Assembly: GCA_004297215.1 (NCBI GenBank)
Contig: SCUM01000001.1
Span: forward strand, 417,181 to 481,180
Direction: 5' to 3'
Length of the DNA stretch: 64,000 nt
Source of the DNA: Patescibacteria group bacterium
Lineage (GTDB): Bacteria; Patescibacteriota; Patescibacteriia; UBA9934; GWF2-40-263
Below the pieces are notes generated by a model that was not told the origin of the DNA, ran no database searches, and saw only the letters and a program-made list of their open reading frames with translations. A program made the translations under genes and the position numbers. This document shows positions 7,266 through 16,322 of the stretch, piece by piece (positions within the stretch are counted from its first letter, which is position 1; every line of letters begins with the position of its first letter).

Positions 7266-9110
7266 TCATTCGTCCGTGATCCCCTTTTCCAGCCGCTTGG
7301 CGGATTGCCTGGCCTCCGACGCGGCGCGGGCCCACGGGTAGTCGTTGTGGTCCACGTGGCCGAGCAGGCCGATCTCGTCGATCCACGGGGCGCGCCTGCC
7401 GATTTCCTTGTGCATCTTTTGGCACACGCGGCGATAATCGTAGTGGCCTTGCGGGATGGTGCGGATCTCCAGCAGGTGCTGGCTCTCGCGCAGGTTGTAT
7501 CCCATCATGAACCGGATGTGATGGCCGAAGGTGACGCAATATTGCGCCGCCTCGGGCCCGACCGCCTCGTCGAGCTTGTCGTAGAGCGCCCCGACCTCGG
7601 CGATGAGCGCGCGCACGTCGTCGGCTAGGCCGATGTCCTCCACGTCCTTGGGGACGGTGAAGCCCAGGTGCGGGTTCAAGAGCTGGCGCTGCTGGGTGAG
7701 GATGCGATGGCGATGCAGGTCGCGGAAGATGCCGTAGTTTCCCGTGACCTCGAAGGTGGCCGGATACCCGTGCTCGAACGCGCGGCCGGCGCGGTCGCGG
7801 CGGGTCTTCCTGTCCCCCACGATCTCCTTGAGGAGCGCGACCAATTTCTCCCTGCGCACGGTCATGAATCGACGGACGATCTGGTGAAACGGCACTCGCA
7901 CGTGCGGGTAGTAGCTCGCGGCGAGCAGATGCGCGATCGGATCCGACGCGTCGGAGACCATCTCCGGGGTCTCCACCCATTCGACCTCCTTCCAGGACCG
8001 CTCGAATTTCCGGAACTCCGGGAATTCCCGCTCGATCTGCTCGCGCGCCACGCGCTCGGGGTCGATCATGTGCCGCTCCCCCTCGGGAGAGGCCCGCTTC
8101 ACGTACTTGGGGATGAACCGGTTGAGCGTGTCGTGCAAGCGCGTGGCGAGGTCGCCGTATTCCGGGTTGCCCGAGGAATACAGGCGCTTGAGCAGGTGCT
8201 CGAAGCTGCGGCCGTTCCCCACCATCGCGAGGTTGGTGAGGGTGGCGGCCGGCAGCACGATGCGCGCCGTGTCGCAGGCGCGGGTCTTGAGGTCGAACTT
8301 GTAGACGCGATGGAACTCCTTGATCTCCTTCTCGTCCGTCAGCTCGTCGAGCCGGTACTTCTTCTCGTCGCCCGGCCGGATGGCGTAGGTCGCCTCGGCA
8401 ATGGGCTTGAGCGTCTTGTAGTGCTCGGTGAGCGCTTCGGCGAGCTTCGCGTACATCGTGAACAGCTTGTCCATGACGCGCACGTACTCGTCGGCGTGCG
8501 GGCTTTCCATGATCCGCTTCTCGCGCAGGTACAGCCAGTACCCCGTGACCGGGTCGCGCTCGGTGTAGAGCACGTAGCGGCTGGACTGCTCGATGAACCC
8601 GGCAAGCCGCCGGTCCTCGATCGCCTTGGTCGCGAGGTTGCTCACCGAATTGAACAGCACCGTGGCGCACTCGAGCTCCTGCACCGAGTCGTCGCCGTAC
8701 TGGATGAGCACGCGCTCGATGATCCCCTCGAGCTTCTTCGCCTTCACCTCGCCCATGGCGGTCCCGAGCTCGGCGGCCTCCTCGGGCGTGGTCACCAGGA
8801 ACTCGTTCACGAGCACGTCCACCACGCTCCCGGCGATGCGGCTCTGGCGGGCCAGCATGGCTCCCGTCAGCCCCGCGAGCTTCTTCGCGTCGAGCGCCGT
8901 GACGGTCGAGTCCGGCGACAGCAGGTAGGGCTTCGCCAGCTCGAACGCCTCGGCCGTGATGAACGAGCGGTACGGGGCGGACACGCCGTCCCCGAACGCA
9001 ACGACCTCTTCGCGCACCTGCGCCCCGTCGACCCCGCGGCTCACGCGCGTAAAGACGGCGCGCCGATCCGACGCGCCTTTCTTCTCAAAACGGACTTCTT
9101 CGGTATCCAT
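7266..9110 (-). CDS. thyX: flavin-dependent thymidylate synthase ThyX, tandem-domain (~614 aa) form
   Basis: C-terminal half has FRDLHRHRILTQQRQ (RHR motif) and NLRESQHLLEIRTIPQGHYDYR (ThyX C-terminal motif). N-terminal half has a degenerate copy (DRRLAGFIEQSSRYV). A GGAGG RBS lies 8 nt upstream of ATG at 9108-9110. Confidence 0.8.
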   Translation of the reverse strand: MDTEEVRFEKKGASDRRAVFTRVSRGVDGAQVREEVVAFGDGVSAPYRSFITAEAFELAKPYLLSPDSTVTALDAKKLAGLTGAMLARQSRIAGSVVDVLVNEFLVTTPEEAAELGTAMGEVKAKKLEGIIERVLIQYGDDSVQELECATVLFNSVSNLATKAIEDRRLAGFIEQSSRYVLYTERDPVTGYWLYLREKRIMESPHADEYVRVMDKLFTMYAKLAEALTEHYKTLKPIAEATYAIRPGDEKKYRLDELTDEKEIKEFHRVYKFDLKTRACDTARIVLPAATLTNLAMVGNGRSFEHLLKRLYSSGNPEYGDLATRLHDTLNRFIPKYVKRASPEGERHMIDPERVAREQIEREFPEFRKFERSWKEVEWVETPEMVSDASDPIAHLLAASYYPHVRVPFHQIVRRFMTVRREKLVALLKEIVGDRKTRRDRAGRAFEHGYPATFEVTGNYGIFRDLHRHRILTQQRQLLNPHLGFTVPKDVEDIGLADDVRALIAEVGALYDKLDEAVGPEAAQYCVTFGHHIRFMMGYNLRESQHLLEIRTIPQGHYDYRRVCQKMHKEIGRRAPWIDEIGLLGHVDHNDYPWARAASEARQSAKRLEKGITDE

Positions 9111-9271
9111 AGTGATTCCTCCTTCGTTGCAGGGGCATCGTAGTCGCCCCCCTCCCCCGCCACAATAGCCGCTTATGCACACCCTGTGGGCGGGCCTGCC
9201 CGCCGGCAGGCAGGTTGACGTGCGGAGCGTTTCGGCCTATCCTCGCTTGACCCCGCACAGAAGGAGCACGC

Positions 9272-9838
9272 ATGAACGTGGACAGGTCGGAAGAGGCGCG
9301 CACGAGGCCGATCTTCTTCCTCACGAGCAATGACGAGAAGGTCAGGCAGGGGGCGATCCTCGAGATCCTTGGGCGGAACCCGGCGTTCGTCGCGTTCATC
9401 CCGGGCGTCTCGTCCTCGCCGCTCACGACCGCGTTCGAACGGCGCGTCGCGAAGCACCTCCCGCTTTCCGAGTTCCACAGGCGCGAGAGCTCGAAGCAGA
9501 TTGCCGCGAGCGCCTACGCGGACGGGCACGCGATCGGGCTGGAGACCCTGGCGGTGAACGAGGCGGTCATGGGCACGGACGGGAGGGTCGGGCTCACCGG
9601 ATGGCCGGGAGAGCTGGCGCTGCCCCTCGTCCGGGCCGGCTATGACGTCCGCGTCATCTACGTCGAACGGGACGACCTCGCCCCGCAGCGCGCGCTCCGT
9701 GAGCACTACTGGGTCACGTGTGAGGCGCAACGCGTGCAGGCGGTGGCCCTGGCCGTCGACGACGTCCTCGAGTGCATCTGCCGGGAACTGCATCCGGAGC
9801 TGGCATTCCCGCTCGAAATCGAGCTCGGCTGCCGCTGA
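9272..9838 (+). CDS. hypothetical protein (188 aa) within the nucleotide-metabolism cluster
   Basis: Good codon bias. N-terminal IFFLTSNDEKVRQGAILEIL weakly recalls the Ham1/Maf (x)TxNxxKxxE start, but later motifs are not convincing. Confidence 0.4.
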   Translation: MNVDRSEEARTRPIFFLTSNDEKVRQGAILEILGRNPAFVAFIPGVSSSPLTTAFERRVAKHLPLSEFHRRESSKQIAASAYADGHAIGLETLAVNEAVMGTDGRVGLTGWPGELALPLVRAGYDVRVIYVERDDLAPQRALREHYWVTCEAQRVQAVALAVDDVLECICRELHPELAFPLEIELGCR

Positions 9839-9955
9839 CCCGCCTCCTGAGCGCGACGCGCTCGGAAGGCCTGTCCCCCAAAGCTTCTCGAAGCGAAGGG
9901 GGATTTTCTTTTTGCCGCTTGCCGAGCGGCACTCCTCGGCTACAATGGGGCGGTT

Positions 9956-10390
9956 ATGCACATCCCCGTGAAAATCCTGAAGGTCCATCCGGACGCGATC
10001 ATCCCCGAATATAAGACCTCCGGAGCCTGTGCCTTCGACCTCTCCCCCGTAGAGGACGCCGCGTTCGCTCCGGGCGAGACGAAGCTCGTGGGAACCGGAC
10101 TCGTGTTCTGCTTCCCGCCAGGTCACGTGCTCGTGGTCGCCCCGCGCTCGTCGCTCTTCCGAAAGAAGGGACTGGTGCAGCCGCACTCGATCGGCATCGT
10201 CGATCAGGACTACTGCGGGCCGGACGACGAGGTGAAAATGCTCCTCAAGAACGACTCGGACGTCCCGGTCACGATTGCCAGAGGCGAACGGGTCTGTCAG
10301 GGCTTGTTCTTCCCGGTCGTCCATGCCGCCTTCGAGGAAGTCTCGTCGATGGACGCCCCGACCCGCGGCGGATACGGCAGCACGGGCTGA
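9956..10390 (+). CDS. dut: dUTP diphosphatase
   Basis: 144 aa. Motifs GIVDQDYCG and C-terminal RGGYGSTG (dUTPase motif V). Confidence 0.9.
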   Translation: MHIPVKILKVHPDAIIPEYKTSGACAFDLSPVEDAAFAPGETKLVGTGLVFCFPPGHVLVVAPRSSLFRKKGLVQPHSIGIVDQDYCGPDDEVKMLLKNDSDVPVTIARGERVCQGLFFPVVHAAFEEVSSMDAPTRGGYGSTG

Positions 10391-10414
10391 AATTTGGTAT
10401 ACTGGAACCCTGGT

Positions 10415-11086
10415 ATGGCGCGCTTCATCGTGATTGACGGGACGGACGGCGCTGGAAAGAAGACCCAGACCGAACTCCTCATCGCCCGCATGGAGCGGGA
10501 AGGCCTTCCGGTGCATGCCGTCTCGTTCCCGCGATACGGGAACCCGTCGGCGTATTTCGTGGAGAAGTTCCTTCGCGGGGGATACGGTGCGGCCGCAGAC
10601 AACATGGGGAAACGCGCTTCCCTGTTCTATGCGATGGACCGTTTCGACGCCGCGCCTGAAATCCGGAACGCGTTGGGCGAGGGCAAGCATGTCGTGACGG
10701 ACCGCTATGTCGCCAGCAACATGGGGCACCAGGGTTCCTTCATGACGGACCTGGCGCAGCGTGACGCGTATTTCGCCTGGAACGACGAGCTCGAGCACGG
10801 GATCCTCGGCATCCCCCGCCCGGACCTCAACGTCGTCCTGCACGTCCCGGCCGAGATCGCCATCGGGCTGAAGCGACAGGCAGGCGGAAAGGACGGGAAG
10901 TCCGGGCTCGACATCGTGGAGAGCGACATCGAGTACTTGCGTGCCGGCGAACGATGTTACCTTGACATCGCCGCCCGCTTCCCCCGTTTCCGCCTCGTGG
11001 AATGCATGGACGGCGACCGCCTCCGCAGCAGGGAGGAAATCCACGAGCTCGTCTGGAAAACCGTCTCGGAATTCTTCCTCACATGA
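10415..11086 (+). CDS. tmk: thymidylate kinase
   Basis: MARFIVIDGTDGAGKKTQ P-loop, DRY(V)ASN(M)GHQ lid region; ~223 aa. An alternative upstream ATG is at 10394. Confidence 0.85.
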   Translation: MARFIVIDGTDGAGKKTQTELLIARMEREGLPVHAVSFPRYGNPSAYFVEKFLRGGYGAAADNMGKRASLFYAMDRFDAAPEIRNALGEGKHVVTDRYVASNMGHQGSFMTDLAQRDAYFAWNDELEHGILGIPRPDLNVVLHVPAEIAIGLKRQAGGKDGKSGLDIVESDIEYLRAGERCYLDIAARFPRFRLVECMDGDRLRSREEIHELVWKTVSEFFLT

Positions 11087-11967
11087 CTATGCCCCCCAAA
11101 CCCCTCATCACGATCGGCGAACTCATCGACCAGAGCTGGGACCGCTACCGCGAGTCGTTCACGGATTTCGTGAGCGTGAGCGGCTGGCTGCTCGTCGTCT
11201 CCGTGTTCGACGTGGTGGCGCGCGCGCTCTACCCCGCCACCATCCGCCTGTTGTCCGGCGCGCCGCTCACGTGGAGCGAGAACCTCGGCATCCTTCTCTA
11301 TTGGCTCACCGCCACGGTCATCGCGCCCGCGATCGGGGTGTGGACCATCCTTGCCCTCATGAAACTCGCGGACGCCCGTTTGTCGGGGGTTCGGCTTGAC
11401 CCCAAAACGGCCCTCAAGGCGGCGAAAAAGGAATTCTGGGGGATGACCTGGGTGACCGTGCTGGTCGCACTCGTGCTGCTCGCGACGCTTGCCTGCGGAG
11501 CGATTCCCGGCCTCGCGCTCACGACGATCGTCCTCGCGTCCGGCAAAGGCGGCCTGATGGTGCTCGTCTCAAACGTCGTGCTCATCATCGGCCTCGTCGT
11601 AGCCAACCTCCTCGTGCTCAAGTGGTCGGTGCGCTACGGGTTCGCCCCGTTCGCGTTCGCCGCGGAAGGCACGCGGGGGACGGCGGCGCTTGCCGCAAGC
11701 CGCAAGCTCTCCGAAGGGCGCCTCATGCGCGTGCTCGTGCGCGGCCTCCTGCCTGCCGCCATGTTCGGCCTCGTCGGATACGTGGCCGTCCGCTTCCTGT
11801 CATTGGTGTCCTACACGATCGTTTCCGCCGGCGCCGGCCTCAACCTCGACGTGCAGGTGCGCCTCATGTCCATCTCCGGAAGCGTGTTTCCCATGATCGT
11901 CGCCGTCCTCATCAATCCCCTGATCGTCCTCGTCGGCATGAAGCTGTACCGCAGCCTGAAGGGGTGA
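11083..11967 (+). CDS. hypothetical polytopic membrane protein
   Basis: 294 aa with ~6 hydrophobic helices. Start ATG overlaps the tmk stop (ATGA). Confidence 0.5.
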   Translation: MTMPPKPLITIGELIDQSWDRYRESFTDFVSVSGWLLVVSVFDVVARALYPATIRLLSGAPLTWSENLGILLYWLTATVIAPAIGVWTILALMKLADARLSGVRLDPKTALKAAKKEFWGMTWVTVLVALVLLATLACGAIPGLALTTIVLASGKGGLMVLVSNVVLIIGLVVANLLVLKWSVRYGFAPFAFAAEGTRGTAALAASRKLSEGRLMRVLVRGLLPAAMFGLVGYVAVRFLSLVSYTIVSAGAGLNLDVQVRLMSISGSVFPMIVAVLINPLIVLVGMKLYRSLKG

Positions 11968-11982
11968 TACGGTTCGGTCGAT

Positions 11983-13515
11983 ATGGTCTTGCAACCGGTC
12001 ATCGGCCTCGAGATTCACGTCCAACTGAAGACCGGGACGAAGATGTTCTGCGGCTGCCCGGCCCACGACACGGGCGCGGCGCCGAACATGAACGTGTGTC
12101 CCGTGTGCCTGGGGAACCCCGGGGTGCTTCCGGTCGTGAACGAAGAGGCGGTACGCATGGGAGTGAGGATGGGCCTCGCGCTCGGGTGCGTCATCGCGGA
12201 GCGCTCCAAGTTCGACCGCAAGCATTATTTCTATCCCGACCTCCCGAAGGGCTACCAGATTTCCCAATACGACCGGCCCATCGCCGAGCATGGCGAAATG
12301 TCGGTGGACGTCCCTGGAAAGGACGTCGTCCGTCCCGTGGCGAAGATCGGGATCACCCGGGCGCACCTGGAGGAAGACGCGGCCAAGAACGTGCATGGGG
12401 AAGCCGGAAAGACCTTCGTGGATTTCAACCGCGCCGGGATGCCGCTCATCGAGATCGTCACTGAGCCTGATTTCCGCTCCCCGGCCGAGGCCAAGGCGTT
12501 CCTCACCGAGCTGCGGCTCATGGCACGCACGCTTCGCGTCTCCGACGCGGACATGGAAAAGGGCCAGCTGCGCTGCGACGCCAACGTCTCGTTGCGCGAA
12601 GTGGACGCGGACGGCAACGTCGTCGGAGAGCGCTTCCACCCCAAGACCGAGGTGAAGAACCTCAACTCCTTCCGCCACGTGGAACGCGCCATCGCCTACG
12701 AGATCAAGCGCCAAGGCGACCTGTGGCACGCGGGAAGCCCGCCTGCCGCATCCACCACGCGCGGCTGGGACGACGTGAAGCAGAAGACTGTGGAGCAGCG
12801 CGTGAAGGAGGCCGAGGGCGACTACCGTTACTTCCCCGAGCCCGACCTCCCGCCGCTCGCGCTCGCGGAGGTCGCCGACGTGGAACGCGCCAAAATGCCC
12901 GAGCTTCCCGCGGCAAAGCGCCGCCGGTTCGTGTCGGAATACGCCGTGAAACCCGAGGACGCGCGCCAGCTCGTGGAGGATCCCGCGCTTGCCGTCTTCG
13001 CCGAACAGGTCTTCTCCGAGATGCACGCCTGGCTGCAGGCGCTCCCCGAGCTCGATGGGGCGGAAGAGGCGACCTGGGAAAAAGAACGCGCCCGCATCGG
13101 CAAGCTCGTCTCATCGTGGCTCACGACGAAACTCCTCGGCGCGCTCTCCGCGCGCGGCGGCGACGTGCGCACCATGAAAGTTGACGCGGAAAATTTCGCG
13201 GAACTGCTCACGCTGGTCGCGACTGGCAAGCTCAACCAGCACAACGCCGCGATCGTGCTCGAGGAAATGCTCGAGAGCGGCGCGGATCCGTCGCACGTCA
13301 TGGAAGACAAGCGCCTGGGCGCCATGCAAGACGCCGGCGCCATCGCCGAGGCGGTGGACCGCGTGCTCGCCAACTTCCCTGCCGAAGTGGTCCGCTACAA
13401 AGGCGGAGAAAAACAGCTGCTCCAATTCCTGATCGGTATGGTGATGAAGGAAACCGAAGGGGCGGCCGACGCGAAGGAGGCGAGGAACATGTTGTTGGTG
13501 AAACTGGAGGGATGA
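11983..13515 (+). CDS. gatB: Asp-tRNA(Asn)/Glu-tRNA(Gln) amidotransferase subunit B
   Basis: MVLQPVIGLEIHVQLKTGTKMFCGCP...KHYFYPDLPKGYQISQ..ANVSLR are canonical GatB motifs; 510 aa. Confidence 0.95.
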   Translation: MVLQPVIGLEIHVQLKTGTKMFCGCPAHDTGAAPNMNVCPVCLGNPGVLPVVNEEAVRMGVRMGLALGCVIAERSKFDRKHYFYPDLPKGYQISQYDRPIAEHGEMSVDVPGKDVVRPVAKIGITRAHLEEDAAKNVHGEAGKTFVDFNRAGMPLIEIVTEPDFRSPAEAKAFLTELRLMARTLRVSDADMEKGQLRCDANVSLREVDADGNVVGERFHPKTEVKNLNSFRHVERAIAYEIKRQGDLWHAGSPPAASTTRGWDDVKQKTVEQRVKEAEGDYRYFPEPDLPPLALAEVADVERAKMPELPAAKRRRFVSEYAVKPEDARQLVEDPALAVFAEQVFSEMHAWLQALPELDGAEEATWEKERARIGKLVSSWLTTKLLGALSARGGDVRTMKVDAENFAELLTLVATGKLNQHNAAIVLEEMLESGADPSHVMEDKRLGAMQDAGAIAEAVDRVLANFPAEVVRYKGGEKQLLQFLIGMVMKETEGAADAKEARNMLLVKLEG

Positions 13516-13555
13516 GGGTTTGCAAGGGTGGGCGGTGTGGGCATGAGTGAAGGAG

Positions 13556-13585
13556 TTAAAACCGTCGGACATATGTCCGACGGTT
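13556..13585. terminator. bidirectional hairpin terminator between convergent gatB and miaA
   Basis: Perfect palindrome aaaaCCGTCGGACATATGTCCGACGGtttt with A/T-runs on both sides. Embedded in a larger inverted repeat (gtttgcaagggtgggc / gcccacccctgcaaac). Confidence 0.55.
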
Positions 13586-13590
13586 TTCCA

Positions 13591-14562
13591 TCACCCCTGC
13601 AAACCCTTGCCCACCCCTGCCCACTCCTCTATCAGCCCCATTGCTTCTTCGTTTCCCTTCACCCAGTTGATCCGATCATCCCGCTTGAACCAGGTCATCT
13701 GGCGCTTGGCGTAGGCGCGGGTGGCCTTTTTCGTCTCTTCGACCGCGGCGGCGAGCGGGGCCTTCCCGTCGAGGAAGAAGCAGATCTGACGGTAGCCGAT
13801 GCCGCTCATCGCTTCCGTATCACAGCCGTATTTCGTCTTGAGCGCGCGCACCTCGTCCACGAGGCCGTGCGCGACCATCTCTTCCACGCGCTCGTCGATG
13901 CGGCGGTTCAGTTCTTCGCGCCCCACCTCGAGGCCGATCTGCAGCGCGTCGTACTTGGGGTCGCCCTTCGTGAGCTGCTGCGAGAACGGCTTCCCCGTGG
14001 CAAGCGTCACTTCGAGCGCGCGCACCACGCGGCGCTTGTTGTCGCGATCGATGACCTCCGCGCCTTCGGGGTCAAGCCGCTTGTACTCGGCGTACAGGTC
14101 GCCAAGCCCCCGCGCGTCGAGCTGCGCGCGCAAGGCGTACACGGGCGGCGTCTGGGCATACGTCGGGTTGTCCACGATCGCCTTCACCCACAATCCGGTC
14201 CCGCCCACGACGACCGGCAGCTTGCCGCGCTTCAGGATGTCCGCGATCTTCCCGTCCGCATATTTCTTGTAGTCCGCCACGGAATACGGCTCGTCCGGGT
14301 TTGCCAGATCGAACCCCCAGTGCGGGACGCCTTGGATGACCCGAGATTTCCCTCCCGGAAACAACGCCGAAATCCCTGCGGCCTGAGGCCTGAGGCCTGA
14401 GGCCTCATCCCCAGCCGATTTCGCCGTCCCGATCTCCATCCCGCGATACACCGTGCGCGAATCCGCCGCGAGCACTTCGCCGCCGAACCGCTTGGCGACC
14501 TCAAGCCCGAGCGCGCTCTTTCCCGAGGCGGTGGGACCCACGATGACGATGATCTTCGGCAT
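13591..14562 (-). CDS. miaA: tRNA dimethylallyltransferase
   Basis: MPKIIVIVGPTASGKSALGLEVAKRFGGEVLAADSRTVYRGMEIGTAK. The upstream in-frame stretch of the 412-aa ORF is probably not translated. Contains an in-frame repeat insertion (see findings). Confidence 0.85.
   Translation of the reverse strand: MPKIIVIVGPTASGKSALGLEVAKRFGGEVLAADSRTVYRGMEIGTAKSAGDEASGLRPQAAGISALFPGGKSRVIQGVPHWGFDLANPDEPYSVADYKKYADGKIADILKRGKLPVVVGGTGLWVKAIVDNPTYAQTPPVYALRAQLDARGLGDLYAEYKRLDPEGAEVIDRDNKRRVVRALEVTLATGKPFSQQLTKGDPKYDALQIGLEVGREELNRRIDERVEEMVAHGLVDEVRALKTKYGCDTEAMSGIGYRQICFFLDGKAPLAAAVEETKKATRAYAKRQMTWFKRDDRINWVKGNEEAMGLIEEWAGVGKGLQG
14378..14410. repeat. (GGCCTGA)n tandem repeat inside miaA
   Basis: gcggcctgaggcctgaggcctgaggcctcatcc. 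Encodes DEASGLRPQAAG within a ~20-aa insertion relative to canonical MiaA. Confidence 0.75.
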
Positions 14563-14680
14563 TGGTCCCGGCATGCCACGAGGATACCGCGCCCCGCGAC
14601 CCCCATCAAACGGCAGGACTTGACACGGGCGGAACCATCGGTTAGAGTGCGTCGTTCCCTCCCACGAAAGGGGGCGCGCC

Positions 14681-15100
14681 ATGCGCACCTCGGAACAACC
14701 GATCGACCTCGGATGCCACCGGGTCAAACGACAGGTGCTCGCCTGCAGCATCGACGCCGAATACGGGTTCTGCCGGTACGACGACGGCACTCTCGCCCTG
14801 GTGCTCGACGTGCGGCTCCCCCGCGGCACCGACGAGGCCGAAGCCTACGTCTGGCTCGCGTCCATGCGCCTGGTCGTGCGCGCTCGCGACAAGCGGGTGC
14901 TGCTCGACGCCGGGCAGCTGCCCGGCCTCATCCTCCACGGGCGCAGCGGCGACGACATCGAGTTCACCTTGGCCTTCGGACCGCTTCCGAGCGACGTCAT
15001 GGGATGCCCCGGCGCCCGGATGTCCATCGAGACGACGGCACAGCGGGGCGGAATCCTCTACGGCAGCCCGATTCCCCCTCTCCCTCCCAGCCACGCCTGA
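14681..15100 (+). CDS. hypothetical protein (139 aa)
   Basis: GC3-rich codon pattern consistent with coding. No homolog recognised. Confidence 0.35.
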   Translation: MRTSEQPIDLGCHRVKRQVLACSIDAEYGFCRYDDGTLALVLDVRLPRGTDEAEAYVWLASMRLVVRARDKRVLLDAGQLPGLILHGRSGDDIEFTLAFGPLPSDVMGCPGARMSIETTAQRGGILYGSPIPPLPPSHA

Positions 15101-15169
15101 ACGCGTGGTCTTTTTATTTCTTCCCGTCGCCGCTCGTGTGTTATCATGCTTCAAATCGTTATCCCCACT

Positions 15170-16237
15170 ATGGCAAAGAAGATGAATCCAGACGGTCCTG
15201 CGAGGAACGGCGGCCGGGAGTCGACGCGAATCGGCATCCCGAGCACGGTGTCGCAAGGGGAAAAGACCGACTTGTTCGATACGTTCCAAGTGATGCTGGA
15301 ACAGACGACGACCGATGAAAAGATGACGGACGAGATGAAGGCCGAAACCTACTCGAACCTGCTCGAAGAGGCCGGGAGGCGCAGGGCGGAGGCGGGGCGC
15401 GAGGTGGCAAGCGTCCGCATCAAGATGGAGGACACGAAGGACCTGCCGCTTCCAAAAAAGACCATCGATGGGCTGTTGAAAAAGCAGGAGGCCGAGATGC
15501 AGGCATGGCTGGCCAGGGAGTCGGAATACCGCACGGCGGCCGAAAAGATCCGTTCCAGCCTGCTGGGGAATTTCGCGCGTCAGCTCACCTCGGAAAAACT
15601 GCTGGAGCTCCGCCTGCTCGACCAAGGCCATGTCGCGGCCGTTGCGGACCGGATCATCGCGCTCGAAGCCGAACAACAGGCCCTCGCCGAACAGTCGGAA
15701 AAGGCGAAGAAGCTGATGGCGAAGATCGACAAGGAAGAGCTGGCCTACGCGGAGCTCGGGCGTCGGTTCCGCCAACTCAAGGATCGTGCCGATGTGGCCG
15801 GCCTCAAGATCGCGCAGGAACGGAAGAAGCTCGATCGAGCCCGCAAGGAGATGGAAGCGGAAGCGAAGGAACAGGAAGAGGAACGGATCCTTCAACGCGC
15901 ACCATCGCGACTCCGCAAGGGCACCAAGGTCCTGAAAGCCCCCGAATCGGACACCGTCGTGGACGAGGCTCCCCGGACGCTGACGGAAAGCCGCGAACGC
16001 ACCGTGGAGCTCAAGCGTCCGAAGACCGTTGTGGACACCGCCCGAGACGAGGCTCCGGTGAGCATGACCGAGGAGAACGACACCTTGCTCGATCAGGGTC
16101 CGGCAACGGTCGATGAGGAGACCGTGGGCACGGACGAAGACGAGCCGGTGCACACGGCCGTGAGCGTCAAGGAAGAACGGCGAGGAAAGAAACAGGCAAA
16201 GGGCCTGGGAGGATGGATCAAGGGGTTGTTCAAATGA
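15170..16237 (+). CDS. hypothetical K/E-rich coiled-coil protein
   Basis: 355 aa, long heptad-like charged segments (EAEQQALAEQSEKAKKLMAKIDKEELAYAELGRRFRQLK). The antisense 601-aa ORF is rejected. Confidence 0.5.
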   Translation: MAKKMNPDGPARNGGRESTRIGIPSTVSQGEKTDLFDTFQVMLEQTTTDEKMTDEMKAETYSNLLEEAGRRRAEAGREVASVRIKMEDTKDLPLPKKTIDGLLKKQEAEMQAWLARESEYRTAAEKIRSSLLGNFARQLTSEKLLELRLLDQGHVAAVADRIIALEAEQQALAEQSEKAKKLMAKIDKEELAYAELGRRFRQLKDRADVAGLKIAQERKKLDRARKEMEAEAKEQEEERILQRAPSRLRKGTKVLKAPESDTVVDEAPRTLTESRERTVELKRPKTVVDTARDEAPVSMTEENDTLLDQGPATVDEETVGTDEDEPVHTAVSVKEERRGKKQAKGLGGWIKGLFK

Positions 16238-16322
16238 CCCTGAAGTCATGGATCGGAACGGGGCGGACGCTTGACGTCCGTCCCTTTTTCGGCTATCATT
16301 GCAGGCGCTCAAAGAGGTACAC

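Noticed and set aside
7162-9143. 502-aa minus and 491-aa plus ORFs overlapping thyX in other frames
   Set aside because: Alternative-frame artefacts. Only the 7266-9110 frame shows ThyX motifs (RHR, NLRE...EIR) and natural composition.
9173-11044. 623-aa ORF on the minus strand spanning dut and tmk
   Set aside because: Antisense 'shadow' ORF typical of high-GC DNA. The protein is R/G/A/V-rich low-complexity. The opposite strand encodes dUTPase and thymidylate kinase with clear motifs.
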